Source: Eledone cirrhosa
Lineage: Eukaryota
DNA length: 64,000 nucleotides
Reading direction: 5' to 3'
Assembly (NCBI GenBank): GCA_964016885.1
Contig: OZ024749.1
Coordinates: 32,426,001 to 32,490,000, forward strand
Numbering within the stretch: the stretch's first letter is position 1; each line of letters opens with the position of its first letter. Under the pieces are notes generated by a model. The model searched no databases, was not told the DNA's origin, and saw nothing but the letters and a program-made list of their open reading frames with translations. Shown here piece by piece: positions 27,113 to 60,296 of the stretch. The position numbers and the translations under genes were made by a program.

Positions 27113-29015
27113 TGCGGTTGCATGTCTGTTTTCGTATTTCCATTTAGTACAATTGGTGCACAATCATATTTGGATGTGTGCCATTGTGTAAATAAGTATT
27201 CAACTTATATGTACTTTTGCCTATATTCGTATTTATAATTATGTGTTGGGGTATAGATAGTTTTTTGGATTTTTTTAGGTAATCCTTTTTCGCTAAAAGG
27301 CATTTGTCCCTATTGTTGCAATTACATCTAGAACTAATTCCAAGGTTGTCTATGTTTCTATAGTTACATAATTTCAATATACAAGACAAAGTAATACATT
27401 GTGCAAGGTTGGGTCTTATTTCTATTAAATATGTTATCGTATTTATGTACTAGAGAGAAATGCATCCCAATTAATGGGATGAAAATCTTAATTGCATCAA
27501 TAGAAACAGCTGCCCTTTAGCGGGGAAATGTTTATCTAGTAATATTGTAATGTGATAAACCTTGAACAAGCAAGTCTTGCACAGGGTTAAGAGCCAGTAG
27601 TCTCAAACAATATTTACAGATGCACACATATTCATTTAGAAATCCTTTAAGAAGGAACATGACCTCTCTTTTGGCCTCCATATGAAATTTGAAAGATAGA
27701 AACATCTGATATAAATTGCAATCTGATATAAATCAGCAATCCTGGAAGTGGCAAAATCTTATAACAGTACCAAAAAACCATGGGATCTCTGTGTCAATGA
27801 GTGAGACCCCTGGTTCTTGTTAGAACATCATTCTAGGAGAAGAAAAACTTGCGACTTGGTGGCAGCCAATGATGTAGACCTGTTCTTTGTTTATATACCT
27901 ATAACCATTGTTCAGAGAGAGTGGGATTACCCTATATATATATATATATGTGTGTGTGTGTATGTGTGTATGTGTGTGTGTGTGTGTGTGTGTGTTATAT
28001 ATATATATATATACAGTTGTTCCAAACTGTAAATGTGGTTGGTGTTAGGAAGGGCATCCAGCCGTAGAAAACCTGCCAGAAACAGTTCTGTACGAGCGAG
28101 ACACGGTCACCCGACCAGTCTTACCTCATGTGGGGCAAACCCGCCCAAACTATGCTAGCATGGAAGATGGATGGTAAACGATGATGATGATACATATATA
28201 TACATATGTGATGGCTGCAAACTCATGCTGAGAGTATTGCAATTGTTTGTTGTTTGTCAGATATGAGTGTGTATATTGATATGCATACATACTGAACAAA
28301 AAAAAAATGGCGTAGACATACAACACAACAGGAGGAACAATGAATATAACACCACTGACGATGTTGCAGATGTGCAACGAAAGATTTATGTAAATTATGT
28401 AAACTATATATATGTGTTTGTGTCTATATTGTATCTGTATTATTTTTGACCGCCGGTCAGTCAATGGCAACATTGAGGACCGAGTAAGTTAGATCGCAGA
28501 TATATATATATAAAAGACAGCGAGAAGCGAAAACCAACCAAACAGTGAGTGTGTTCTGTTATTAATTCTGGCAATATTACGCAAATATGACCCTCCCCAA
28601 ATATAACAACATACATACATATATTTACATATAACTACACACATACACATATGCATTATCAATATATCTATATGTAGGTAAAATATACATTAAGACAGAA
28701 GTCATCATATCATTGCAATTTCCGTTTTAATTCATCTTGTTTCTTAGACATGTATTGACCGGTATTATATGTATATATAAAATATATATATATATATATA
28801 TATATAAATTAATAAAAATAATGAATAAAAACAAAGAAACAGTTCCTTATATTAAAAAATTCATCATTTTACGATCGTTTCTAGGATATATATGTTTGTG
28901 TTGGTATGTATATCATATAGATCTATGTAAAATTTTTACAAACTATCAGAGGGAATATACATACCTACACATATATATGCTGTCTTCAGAAATAATGTAT
29001 ATATATATATATATA

Positions 29016-29051
<36 letters not shown>

Positions 29052-29092
29052 ATATAGATGAGATTCTACAGGACTAGAACTGTTTCATTCTT

Positions 29093-29146
<54 letters not shown>

Positions 29147-29598
29147 TGTGTGTGTGTGTGTGTAGAAGTTGTATTTAATTTGTCGGAATTCCTACAAACA
29201 TAAATGTTTATAACTGATTTAGAGCACTCAACATGTTACTGGAGTAAATATTCCATGGTATTAAATAAATGGAAACTATATTTATAAAACCATATTTATT
29301 TTATTATATATATTTCAAGGGCAACCAAGCAAACCTTGGTGCGCTTTCATCAGATAAAATACAAAGTTTGTTTTATAAATAAAGACGTACCCATGAAAAT
29401 CATACCTTATCGGTCGGAAATTCACTGGATAGTGGAAACATATTAGGAATTATTCAAAGTTATGTGTGAATATGTAAATGAATGTGTAAAAAAAAAATGT
29501 GTGTGCGTGTGCGTGTGTGTGTGTGTCTCACACACATCTCGGAAGTTGTTTTTCGCTAATTTCCAATAGCCGAAATACGATTCTCGCTAATTTATATT

Positions 29599-29634
<36 letters not shown>

Positions 29635-29849
29635 AATATAAATTATAACAAAAGGAAGTTTTCACATGAATTGTTTTTATGGATTATCGACCAGTTACGA
29701 ACGTTTCATAGATGATCGGCTCAAGGTCCATATTTGTGGTATAAACTTGAATATATAAACATTGTGGAAGATGGACGTTAAACGATGATGATGATGATAA
29801 TGATGATATATATATATATACAGCCACATGTAGGTAAGTGCTGCAGTGG

Positions 29850-30415
29850 AGGTGAATGTGGCTTGTCTCCTCAGATCCTCTGCCATGCATCGGGTTTCTA
29901 CTGCACGTGCTCTCTCTCTCAAAGATTTTGCTTCACCAGGTTGTGCAATCCAGGGCAAGGGATTACCAGCTACTGGGATTGATGTTGAGGTTTTTAAGGG
30001 CCACTTTTAAATTGTCTTTGAAATGTTTCTTCTTGTGAGCGCTCTATTTCGGTAGTCTGTTGTCAGACACCCTGGTAATATGACTTGTCCAAGGGCGGTG
30101 GATTGGCAGTATCGGTAGAGGGTCGGACGCCATGCTTTCCAGCATAGTTACGTCCCTTTACGATCTGAGTATCTTTGTATCCGAGGTTGACTTTGCCTTT
30201 CATCCTTACGGGGTCGATAAAATAAAGTACCAGTAATGCACTGGGTAATTGCTGGCCTTGTGCCTAAAGTAGAAACAAATATGACTTGTCCCCATCTGAT
30301 TTGGGCTTTCTTCGGTAAGAGGGTGTGGGGTGCAGAGGGTGCAAACCTGTTTCAGGAACTCTGAATCTGGGATTTTGTCCTTCCACCGTATATCCAGAAA
30401 TCTGTGGAGGCATCT
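29850..30415 (-). mobile_element. Decayed RTE-type LINE 3' fragment interrupted by a SINE
   Basis: RCLHRFLDIRWKDKIPDSEFLKQ..KKHFKDNLKVALKNLNINPSSW. Confidence 0.7.
30091..30277 (+). mobile_element. tRNA-derived SINE with a Meta-type core; 14-bp TSD AATATGACTTGTCC
   Basis: GCCTTTCATCCTTACGGGGTCGATAAAATAAAGTACCAG core. Other copies at ~840-1035(-), 7115-7270(+), 10545-10690(+), 32545-32720(-), 35681-35870(+), 41205-41390(+), 48352-48545(-), 56948-57137(-). Confidence 0.88.
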
Positions 30416-31231
30416 CTCTCTTTCTCTCTCACACACACTATATATATATATATAAACAACACTAATGACAACAACAACTATAACACCAAAAAACCCCCAG
30501 AAAAAACACCATAACAACAACAATAGCAACAATATATGATACAAATAATCTGCCTGTAAATCCCTATTTTTCTTAATTTTCCGTTATTTGATATCAGAAT
30601 CCATCTTTATCGTATTTCAGAAGGAAAACCATTTAAATCGTTTCAAAGGATTTCAGTTAATCTTTATCTTGAGATAAGAAAAGACTTCTTTATATTTGTT
30701 TGTTGTTGATGTTGTTATTGTTGATGTTGGCGTCGTTGTGTTCTTGTTGTTTGTTGTTGTTAATGTTGGCGTCGTTGTGTTCTTGTTGCTTGTTGTTGAT
30801 GTTGTTATTGTTGATGTTGGCGTCGTTGTGTTCTAGTTGTTTGTTGTTGTTACTGTTGGCGTCGTTGTGTTCTTGTTTGTTGTTGATGTTGTTGTTGTCT
30901 TTGTTAAAGTAGTTATCGTAATTGTTGTTGTTGACGCCGTTGTGTTTTTTTATATTCATTATTGATGTTGTTGCCCATGTTGTTGTTGTTGTCATTATTG
31001 ATGTTGTTGTCATTATTTATGTTGTCCGTGTTGCTGTTGTTGTTTTTGTTGTTCATGTTGTTGTTGTTTATGCTATCATTGTTTATATCATTATTGCTGT
31101 TGCTGTTCAAGAGATTTATCTACAGTTATCGGCAGAAGAGACAAAACAAAATATAAATTAGGCCAAAGAACTGTTTCATTCATTTAAATGGCAGCACTAA
31201 TATTTATAACAACAACAACAACAACAACAAC

Positions 31232-32050
31232 AGTTTTGTTATTGGCCACAAGGGCCAAAAACACTGACAGGGGCAGGAAGGATTTATATATAAAGAAGTA
31301 TGTAAAAAGAAAAGAAAAAAGTTAAGAAAATAACAAAAAATATTACAGCAAAAGAATACTCTAATAGAGGAGGGCACTAGCCAGGGGTAACTTCAGAACC
31401 CCGAGGTTCTAAAACCACCCCTAATGACAAGAACATCATAGGAGAGTGCCCCTCTTCTCTCTGCACTCTCCAGCCTACAGGCGCAGGATCAGAGTAGGTT
31501 ATTCACTCTGGTTCTTTGTTACATTCACCCACCTTTTAACAAATATATTATTGGGTAACACATCCTTCTCCACCTTCATCTTCCTTTCTAAATGTAATTT
31601 TTAAAAGTCAATGAGGGCTTGGCTAAATATCTACCTCACAACCTCTTTCACCATGGCCACCAGATAGAAGAAAACTGCCTGCCCTTCCCTGTCAAAAGAC
31701 GACGGCAGGGTGATTGGTCTACATGAGGAAGTTGAACAATAGCTGGATCCATCCTACCCGTGGCAATAGCTGTTTGACACATCAACAATGCTCAGACACT
31801 AGAAGAGTGCATGCAAAACAGTGTCATCACTCTGCGTGCATCTCATGCAGGTCCATCTGACAGCACTTCAATGCCTGTAGAGTTTGTCTCGTCCCAAACA
31901 TGCTATAGCCTCAGTCAGTCTAAGGTTCTCCTCCATCTCACTTCTTGTACATACCATACATCTATTTGTCTTCTCTCAAGTAACTCCACATAAAGTGTGG
32001 TCGCCGCCAGACATGTATGTAAGACTTCCCACTTTGTGGCAGCCCCCAGA
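31232..32050 (-). mobile_element. Decayed sister Tx1 family, 3' end in (GTT)n
   Basis: Frameshifted translation RDKLYRH..CMRCTQSDDTVLHALF..FDREGQAVFFYLVAMVKEVV..FVKRWVNV..LILRL* is homologous to the ORF2 C-terminus; 3' end TGTGGCCAATAACAAAACT-(GTT)n. Confidence 0.8.
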
Positions 32051-32410
32051 TCTGTATTTCAGAGTCCCCATATCAGTATTTCAGAGTCCTCATATTATGT
32101 GTGGCAGTCCCCATATTATGTGTCGCAGTCCCCAGATCTGTATTTCAGAGTCCCCATATTATGTGTGGCAGTCCCCAGATCTGTATTTCAGAGTCCTCAT
32201 ATTATGTGTGGCAGTCCCCAGATCAGTATTTCAGAGTCCTCATATTATGTGTGGCAGTCCCCAGATCTGTATTTCAGAGTCCCCATATTATGTGTGGCAG
32301 TCCCCAGATCTGTATTTCAGAGTCCCCATATTATGTGTGGCAGTCCCCAGATCTGTATTTCAGAGTCCTCATATTATGTGTGGCAGTCCCCAGATCTGTA
32401 TTCCAAAGTC
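32035..32410. repeat. 43-bp minisatellite
   Basis: Unit TGTGGCAGTCCCCAGATCTGTATTTCAGAGTCCCCATATTATG. Confidence 0.92.
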
Positions 32411-33499
32411 CCCCCCCCCCCCCCCCCATTAATCATTTAGGATTTAAACCGTTCATATCTGGCCAGAATTTTCTCACCTCTATGTTCCAACCAGTTGTAA
32501 CTGACTACTCATACTATTAAGATATTGTTCTCAATATAAATAACTGTTTCTACTTTTTGGCACAAGGCCAGCAATTACCCAGTACATTACTGATCGACCC
32601 CGTAAGGATGAAAGGCAAAGTTAACCTCGGCGGGATTTGAACTCAGAATGGCAAGGGCCGTAACTATGCGTCAAAGCATGGCGTCCAACCCTCTACCGAT
32701 ACTGCCAATTCACCGCCCTCAATATAAATAATATCAAAATCTCATAGATTCGATATTATGAGATAATTATGCGAGATAAAGCCTTTACCATGAAAATACA
32801 GTAGTAAATATAGAGTAATGGTAAATGCTAAAGGGTTAAGTGTAGCAGCCCTGACATATGTTACCTGACAGTAGAAATTATATTGTTCACTGGTAGATTA
32901 CTGCACCTGAAATGGTAAATGAGTGTGTGACTGCTTGATGATTGTTGAGGGGGTTCTCACACATGGCTTGGTTATCCACCCCACTACCATGTGCAGTATT
33001 AACATTATTAGCGTTAGTTCTATATACACACTTACCTTTCATATTATACACTGCACTAGTCATGCTTTTGGCAAATTTTCTGGCTGAGTGCCCTTCCTAA
33101 TACCAAATCCCTTACAGAATGGATTGGGTGCCACAAGCTTTAGAAAGGTTGTCTGACCAGACTTAAGGATCCTCTCTACTTTGTTATTCAGAGTGACTGC
33201 TCACCTAGATGGCTTGTCTTCACTACGGCTTATAAATGTGGACTCTGTAAGCCACAGTGAAAGCAACCTGTCTAGGAGAGCAGTCACTCTGAATAAAGAA
33301 AACAAAATAGGTTAGAGGACTCGTGTCTTTATCTAAATGATTAATTAACTTATTATCAGTATGGCGTTTGTGTCACCTTAGTCAACTCTAGTGTAAACAG
33401 GATAAAACACTACACACTTGTTGTACCACATATTTGCGATATGGGTTCACATAGTTAGGTATACAACAGAGAATTGGTATAATAATGAATATAAAGACA

Positions 33500-35560
33500 G
33501 TCTGTTTTTTTTGATATATTAATTTATTGAATAAGTTGCCATTATGCACATTTCTGGAATGTCTGTTGGCAGACATAAATCATAACTTATAATCAGGTAC
33601 ACATGCTTACATCAGACAAACAAAAGAATTACATAATGTTAGAAACATATTGAACCGGGAAAATATCCAATGGTTTATGCTCAGAGCCAATCCATCGTGT
33701 GGTGCAGTAGTACTCAGGTCTCTCTCTCTCCAAGTTGCAGACCTATCAACTCCAGCAGGGTGGGTGAGAGATGTCTTCTCTTGTAAAAATAGGTATAGAT
33801 TTCATAATGTAAAATCTCCCCATTTTGGGGCACTTTTTCTCATGGTACTTTTGGGCTTTTAAAGGTTGGCAGGTCTGGTGTTGGTGGGTGTGGCCTATAT
33901 TTCGTGGTTGGTTAAAAAAGTTACGAATGTGTAGGAGATGTCTGTTTCAATTGTTCAACTCTTATTTGATCTATGGATCTGCTGACAATTATCATATACC
34001 CCAATGGTTCACAACAGGACCGAGCAGAACTTAATTTTTTTGTCTTGGAACTACCTTCCCAAATGACTTCAACTTGCTATTTGTAGTGGCATTTTTTTAG
34101 TTGGCTTGTCTTGTCTTCTGACCAGGTCTTAATCTGTCATCTCTTAATAAAATTTCCCAGTAAAGGTTAAAAGTCAGTCTGTAATCAGATATAGTTCAAG
34201 CCCACTAGTTCATATGGTAATCTAACATTGGGGATCTAGGTTGTGGTATTTGAGGGAGAACCTTAACAATAATAGTATCAGTGTGAATATAATGATACAT
34301 AAACAAATATATATGTTTGTGGAAATAAATGAAAAAGTTATAAAAGATATGAAAAATATATATATATATAATATATAAAAATATATAAAGTAAAAAATGT
34401 TAAGAAATTAAAAAGATCAAATAAAAAGATCAAAGAAATACAAAAAAGAAAATACATAATGAAGAATAATAAGATATAGACGTACAGCATAGATCTATGT
34501 TTATTAAAACTAGATCTATATTTATGAAAAAAATAGATCTATGTTCATGAAAAGAATCCATACTTGTGTCAGAAGAAAATTATTACTGTTTGTATTGAAG
34601 ACTGACCAGGCTAACTTCATTGGATTAAATAATTTATTAACTAGTGTCATTTGTTATACTGAGTTGTGAGAGGAAACTATATAGGAAGATCTATTGAAGG
34701 GAGAATGAAATTGGATATTTCTAATGGATTATTGATTGTAAAACAGAGATAACCAGTTTTAAATAATTGATGTATTCGGTTAATTATTACTGACTTGTAG
34801 ATTGCAGATAGTATTTAATTTCGCAATGAGTAAATACAGGTGCATTGTTGTATGATGTGTAAGGAACCATATATGTGACCTGTGGGTGTGTCGGTTTGTT
34901 TGAGGTCATAACTGAAATTGTGATTATAACTATACTTATATAGTTACTAATTACTAATAATAGGTTTAAAATAGAATTAGTGAATGTTCAGAAGAGTTTT
35001 GGCACTGCTTTATATTAGATAGCGGACATGGATACATAGGGATATTTAATATGGAGTGTTCTTACCTCGGTTATCAGGTTATAGAGGTTTATGGTGTTGT
35101 TTCTGTAGTGTCAACACCTATAGTGTTGTAGTTTACTTCATTGTACCAAATTCATATTTTTACATGGAGGTCGTACAAGTGTGCCGATGGATTATCTATA
35201 TTATTCAGATTTATGTAACGGTGATTACTGTGGGTTAATTAATATATTTTAGCATTATCATGGTTATACACGGAAAATTTGTATATGTTTGTTATAGATA
35301 GATCTGTTGAAGTAAAGCTAATACTTCTATATGTTATGTTTTCCTATTTGACAGGGTCTGTGTATTTATTCCTGGTTATTCTACTGTGCTATCTACATTC
35401 TTGGTCTATGTACAATTTCACAAGATATCAGGTTTAGTTTGGATTAGTGTTATCCAACAATCCCTGGGAGGTGTGAAGTTAAACATTATTCATAGATTTT
35501 AAGAAAAGTTTTAGTTTGTGGAAGCAACTATTGAAGAAGTCAGTTCTATTAACCATTTCA
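33500..35560 (-). pseudogene. Highly decayed second PLE-like remnant with a degenerate terminal hammerhead (33536-33620)
   Basis: Weak PLE-like peptides (FTPPRD; YWEILLRDDRLR); 3' CTGATGT...hairpins...GAAATGTGCATA. Confidence 0.4.
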
Positions 35561-36989
35561 GGCCTGGCCCCAGGAATTTCCATAGTTTCCGCTATACAAA
35601 ACTTTAAAGCCTCTTCTGTATGGAAGCACTGATCTAATCCTTGACCATGACAGAGTGCTATATATTATTTAATAATAATAAGGGCGGTGGATTGGCAGTA
35701 TCGGTGGAGGGTCGGACGCCATGCTTTCCAGCATAGTTACGTCCCTTTACGATCTGAGTTCAAATTCCGCTGAGGTTGACTTTGCCTTTCATCCTTACGG
35801 GGTCGATAAAATAAAGTACCAGTAATGCACTGGGTAATTGCTGGCCTTGTGCCTAAAGTAGAAACAATTATTTAATAATAATTGTCATATTAACTCTGAT
35901 AGATCTGTGCTCTTTCGATTGTGCATTTAGAGTGAACAAGTGTGTGTGAGTGTGTTGGTTTGTTTGTGCAAAATTGTAAGTGAGTGCATGTGCATCAAAC
36001 CGAGACAAAGCTGGTTGCTGTTGAGATTGTACAGATGTGTGCACACGTGTGAGCTGATCAAAGTAGAGAGTGACAGTGTGGGTGGTCTGTTTGGTAGGAG
36101 TGTAGGTGTACATATGTGTGTATGTGTATATTCATGTGCACACATGAGTGCAGGTTTACCTATGTATGCAAAATTCTGAGTACACGTACAGACACACACA
36201 AAGTAGAAACAGTCGCAAAGCATTGTAGAGAAAGGGAGATGGTGGTGAACATAATTGTCATCCTGTCTCATATCATGGGCATGGGCATAAGAGAAACTAT
36301 GGAGCTTCAGGTATGACAATATGGCAGTCCCACTCGAAATGGCTGAACTACAAAGTGTGAAGTGACTGTGTACATGGAGGGAGATTGAACCAGGAAGTTG
36401 TGGTTTGGCAAAGTAAATGTTGGGAAACATTTAAAACCGATGGTGCCCCAGCTCCAGCACTGGGTGCCACATAAACACAGCCATTTGCGCAGAAGACACA
36501 AGCATACATGCACCTGCAAGCAAGAGCCATGGAGTATTGTCTGTTGATGGTGTGATGCCTGCAGGGTGTATATGCACACATATGCATGCATCTAAATGTG
36601 TAAGGGGAATGGAACTAGAGGGAGTGGTGTACATGATGATAGAGTGACCATGAAGGCAGATGTATGCATATATGAGGCAACCATATGTATTTGTTTACAC
36701 CTTCAAGTGAGAGCCATGGAGTATTGTCTGTTGGTGGTGTGATGCCTGACAGCAAGTATATGCATACAAGTATATGCACGTACATATGCATGCATCTAAA
36801 TGTGTAGGGGAAATGGAAGTGGAGGGAAAGGTGTAGGTGCTGTTATAATGACTGTAGATGTAGATGTATACATATATTATGCAAGCATGTGTATGTGTAT
36901 GCATGCTGTGTGCATGGAAGGCTAAATCTTGTGCATGGTGGGGCCGATAAGATAGATATGCATGTTTGATTGGGAATTTGAGGGTTAAA

Positions 36990-38780
36990 TATGTGCAGAG
37001 GTATATATGTGCATTGGGTGGTATATAAGGGTGTTGTGAAAGTGAGTGTCTGTATTGCTGTGTTGGCTGGAGTCCCAGGGGGAGTGCAAGTGGCTGGAGA
37101 TCCATGGTGTAAAACAGTGGGGCCTGAGAAAGAGAGGTATTGAGTTGAATGGTTGGGGGAACGGAAGTGATGAGTGATGGGGGTGTCTTTTCTCAGCTGT
37201 ATGTCCTTCAGGTGTTCTGTGAATTGGTTCGCTAGACAGTAGCTTGTTTATCTTATGTATAAGGACATGCAGCGGGAACACCGGAGTGCACAGACAACAT
37301 TGGTGGTGCAGGGGAAGGTGTGACTGATGTGAAAGAAAAAATGGTTTGTACCTGTTAAAGCGGTGAAGTTTGTTATGAAAGGACAGGTATTACAGCGTAG
37401 GTGAAATCAGGGACATGACCTGCATGGAGTACTAGTGAAGGAGGAAGGTAGCAGAGATTACAGGTGCGCTTAAGGACAGTGATGGGTGTATTGGGTAAAA
37501 AAAAAACAAGAAGTGATGGGGTCAGAAATTAGTGTTCAGAAGCAAAGAAGGATATAGCACCAGAGGGGTCAAGCAAAGGGGTGGTAGGTGAGGGGGGAAG
37601 AAAGACGAGTGTTGGGGAGTCATGGAATGTGAGGGCTGTGGTGTGGTCAATTTCAGGGACATGAGTAAGGGCAGCTTGGCTCAAGGTGGGAGGATATTTA
37701 TGCTGGATGAAGCAAGAATTCATGTGTTGGGGCTGGGTCTTGAAAATCATTGTCCTGGCTGCAGAGCTGATGAAGACAGAGGAATTGGGAGTAGGGTATG
37801 GAGTTTGGTGTGGGTGTGGAGGAGTGGGAGTCAGTGGGTTTGTAGAAGATGGAAGTAGAGAGGGTGTGGTTGAGTGTGGACAATAGAAAGAGAAATGTTG
37901 AGAAATCGGACGGAAGAATCGAAGACGGAGGTGGTGAAGGTGAGGTCAAGTTGATAAGACTGGATGAAGGAAAGAAAGAAGTCGAGCTGTTCACAGGAGA
38001 GAGAAGAAAGAGAGAGAGATAGTGTCAATACAGTCATCGATATAATGACCGTATAACTAAAGGGTGGATCCAGTGTATTGGGAGATCTGGGCCTTAACAT
38101 AGCCAATAAAATAAGTTGGCATAATTAGGGCCCATTCTGGTTTCTATGGCTACCCAAGAGATCTGCTGGCAAAACTCTCTGAAAAAGGAAAAACAATTGA
38201 GTGTCACAACAAGTTCAGAAAGGCGGAGAAGAGTGGAATTGCTCAGGTAGGGTGTAAGTCCAAAATGTGTGCGAAGGCCGGCACCATGAGTTGGGGTGGG
38301 AAATGGCAACCTTCACGTGGTCCACCCTGTACCAAATTCATTCCAACTAATGCCATTGGTCGATATATGTCACGAGAGATGACGATGGAGAGAGAGGTGA
38401 TGTCCAGGATGGAGGGAAAGGCAAGACGGGCTAGGAGAGAAGGAAAGGAGTAGAGGTTGAAAAGTTGAAGAAAATGATTGGTGTCATGGATGTCTGAGGG
38501 TAGGCTGGCAACTAAGGGTGACAAGGAGAGTGTCCAAATTTTTTTTTGGGGGGGGGAGGGGCGAGTTCAGCAGAGCAGCTGCAGGAGGAAACGATGGGAC
38601 GGCCAAGATTATATGTCTTGGGGAAGAAATAGATGGTGAGAGTGTGAGGTGAGCATACTATAAAATTTGTGGCGATTGGTGAGGTGGAGAGAGAGGAGGA
38701 GATAAGACGGCGGTTAATGGAAGACGCAAGCTATTGGTAGCATGGGGGGGGGGGGGGGCTCCAAAGTAATGGGCAATATA
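36990..38780 (-). pseudogene. Decayed Penelope-like element RT and GIY-YIG coding region
   Basis: Frameshifted motifs: YFFPK..GRPIVSSCSCSAEL; PLVASLPSDIHDTNHFL; LRLSELVVTLNCFSF; VAIETRMGPNYANLF; RCNTCPFIT; CSRCMSLYI...FTEHLKDI..PITHHF. Confidence 0.85.
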
Positions 38781-38928
38781 AGAAGGGGTTGTGAAGCTGG
38801 CAGAGTTTAAGCAAAGAGTTTCTTATACGGAATCTTCTGGAACTGACATAGATATTAATTAATGGATATTAATATTAATATTTTGAAATCAATTTAGAAG
38901 CAAATATCACATTTAAATATAGAAAAAC

Positions 38929-38985
<57 letters not shown>

Positions 38986-39102
38986 AATACATACATGCAC
39001 ATATATATATATATACATGCATGCACATATATAAATATATATATATATATATAGACAGACACATATATACATATACACACACCCACGCATATATATACAC
39101 AT

Positions 39103-39144
<42 letters not shown>

Positions 39145-39409
39145 CCAGACAGACACATATATACATATACTCACACCCACGCATATATATACACATACAC
39201 ACACATATATATATATATATATATACACAGATAGACAGACAAACACATATATACATATACACACACCCATGCATATATATACACATACACACACCCATGC
39301 ATATATATACACATACACACATATATATATATATATATATATACAGACAGACAAATAGACAGACGCATATATACATATACACACCCACACATATATATAT
39401 ACACATACA

Positions 39410-39451
<42 letters not shown>

Positions 39452-39525
39452 CAGACAGACATATATACATATACACACACCCATGAATATATACACACAC
39501 ACACACATATATATATTTATAAATA

Positions 39526-39595
39526 TTTCATCTGATGAGCGTACTGGACGTTTCTGTTAAGATCGTCTAGTTTCCTGAAACCTTTGGTAATGGAA
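39526..39595 (+). ncRNA. Type I hammerhead
   Basis: TTTCAT-CTGATGA-..ACTGGACG..CGTCTAGT..-GAAACC TTT GGTA^ATGGAA; same family as the 1303-1540 element. Confidence 0.75.
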
Positions 39596-39768
39596 TAATT
39601 ATAGTGTTTTGAATTATTATATAATTAAATAGCTCTGTTTTATACATAGAGCACTCTTTTTTCCTTTACCTTTTTCTACAGAAATACATAACATATATAT
39701 ACACAAACACACATTTATATATATCATCATCATCATCAACGTTTAACGTCCGTGTTCCACGCTTGCAT

Positions 39769-39811
<43 letters not shown>

Positions 39812-39975
39812 CACACATACATATATGTAAATACATACACACACATATATATATATATTCACACACACACACACACACAAACACTTACACATAAATTGAA
39901 TATATTCCACAAGGAGAAAGAATTACATTTTGTTAGCTGGTGTGAAGTTTAATGGAAAGTAACCCCCAAGATCCC

Positions 39976-59447
<19,472 letters not shown>

Positions 59448-59689
59448 CTGCAAAAATAGAGAAGAGTTAGAGAAATGTTAAAAAAGATATCAGAACTAAC
59501 TACTTTGGAGTAACGTTACTTGATAGAGTGCATAGCTCAGAGATCAGAGAGTCACTCCAAGTAGAGCTGCTACTTCTACAAATTGAGAGATCACAACACC
59601 GATACTATGGGCATGTGGTTGTAATGTCTCAGGAAAGAATCGCTGGACAGATTTTACGGGCAAAACCAACAGAGTACCTTGTTCAGTTA

Positions 59690-59910
59690 TCTGGTAGTCC
59701 ATAAGGAAACTAGGTGTAGATGAATGGCTTGTGAGAGCAGTGCTTGCCATGTACGGAGGTGCTTGTCAGTAAAATAAGAATAGGTAATAATGAGTTTATT
59801 GAGGAATTCAATGTACAGGTGGGTGTTCATCAGGGTTCAGTCCTCAGCCCACTCCTATTTATTTCTGGTTCTCAAAGCCATAGCTGAGGTGTTTCAGACT
59901 AGCTGTCAAT
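59690..59910 (+). mobile_element. RTE LINE RT-domain fragment
   Basis: RKLGVDEWLVRAVLAMY..FNVQVGVHQGSVLSPLLFI. Confidence 0.75.
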
Positions 59911-59979
59911 AAGAACTTTTAGAATTTAGGTACAGAATATACTAAAATATTTTTACTTAATCTATAGTGTGTATTGTGC

Positions 59980-60296
59980 GGACGCATGGCTTTGTAGTTA
60001 GGGTATTTGGCTCAAGACTGTAAGGTCATGAGTTTGATTCTTGGTGGCACAGTGTCCTTGAGTAAGACACTTTATTTCACATTGCTCCAGTCCACTCAGC
60101 TGGCAAAACTGAGTTGTACATCTAATTCAATGAGCCAGCCTTGTCACATTCTGTGTCACGCTAAATCTCTCTGAGAACTACATTATGAGTACACATATTT
60201 GTGGAATGCTCAGCCACTTGCACGTTGATTTCATGAGCAAGCTCTTCTGTTGATCGTATGAATTGGAACACTTGTCAAAACTGAAGGAGTGCCACT
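59980..60296 (+). mobile_element. tRNA-SINE with a long conserved body (relative at ~4760-4960)
   Basis: Same head and body start, then CAGCCACTTGCACGTTGATTTCATGAGC. Confidence 0.6.

Noticed and set aside
31884-32520. Repetitive ORFs in all three plus-strand frames
   Set aside because: Produced by the stop-free 43-bp minisatellite.
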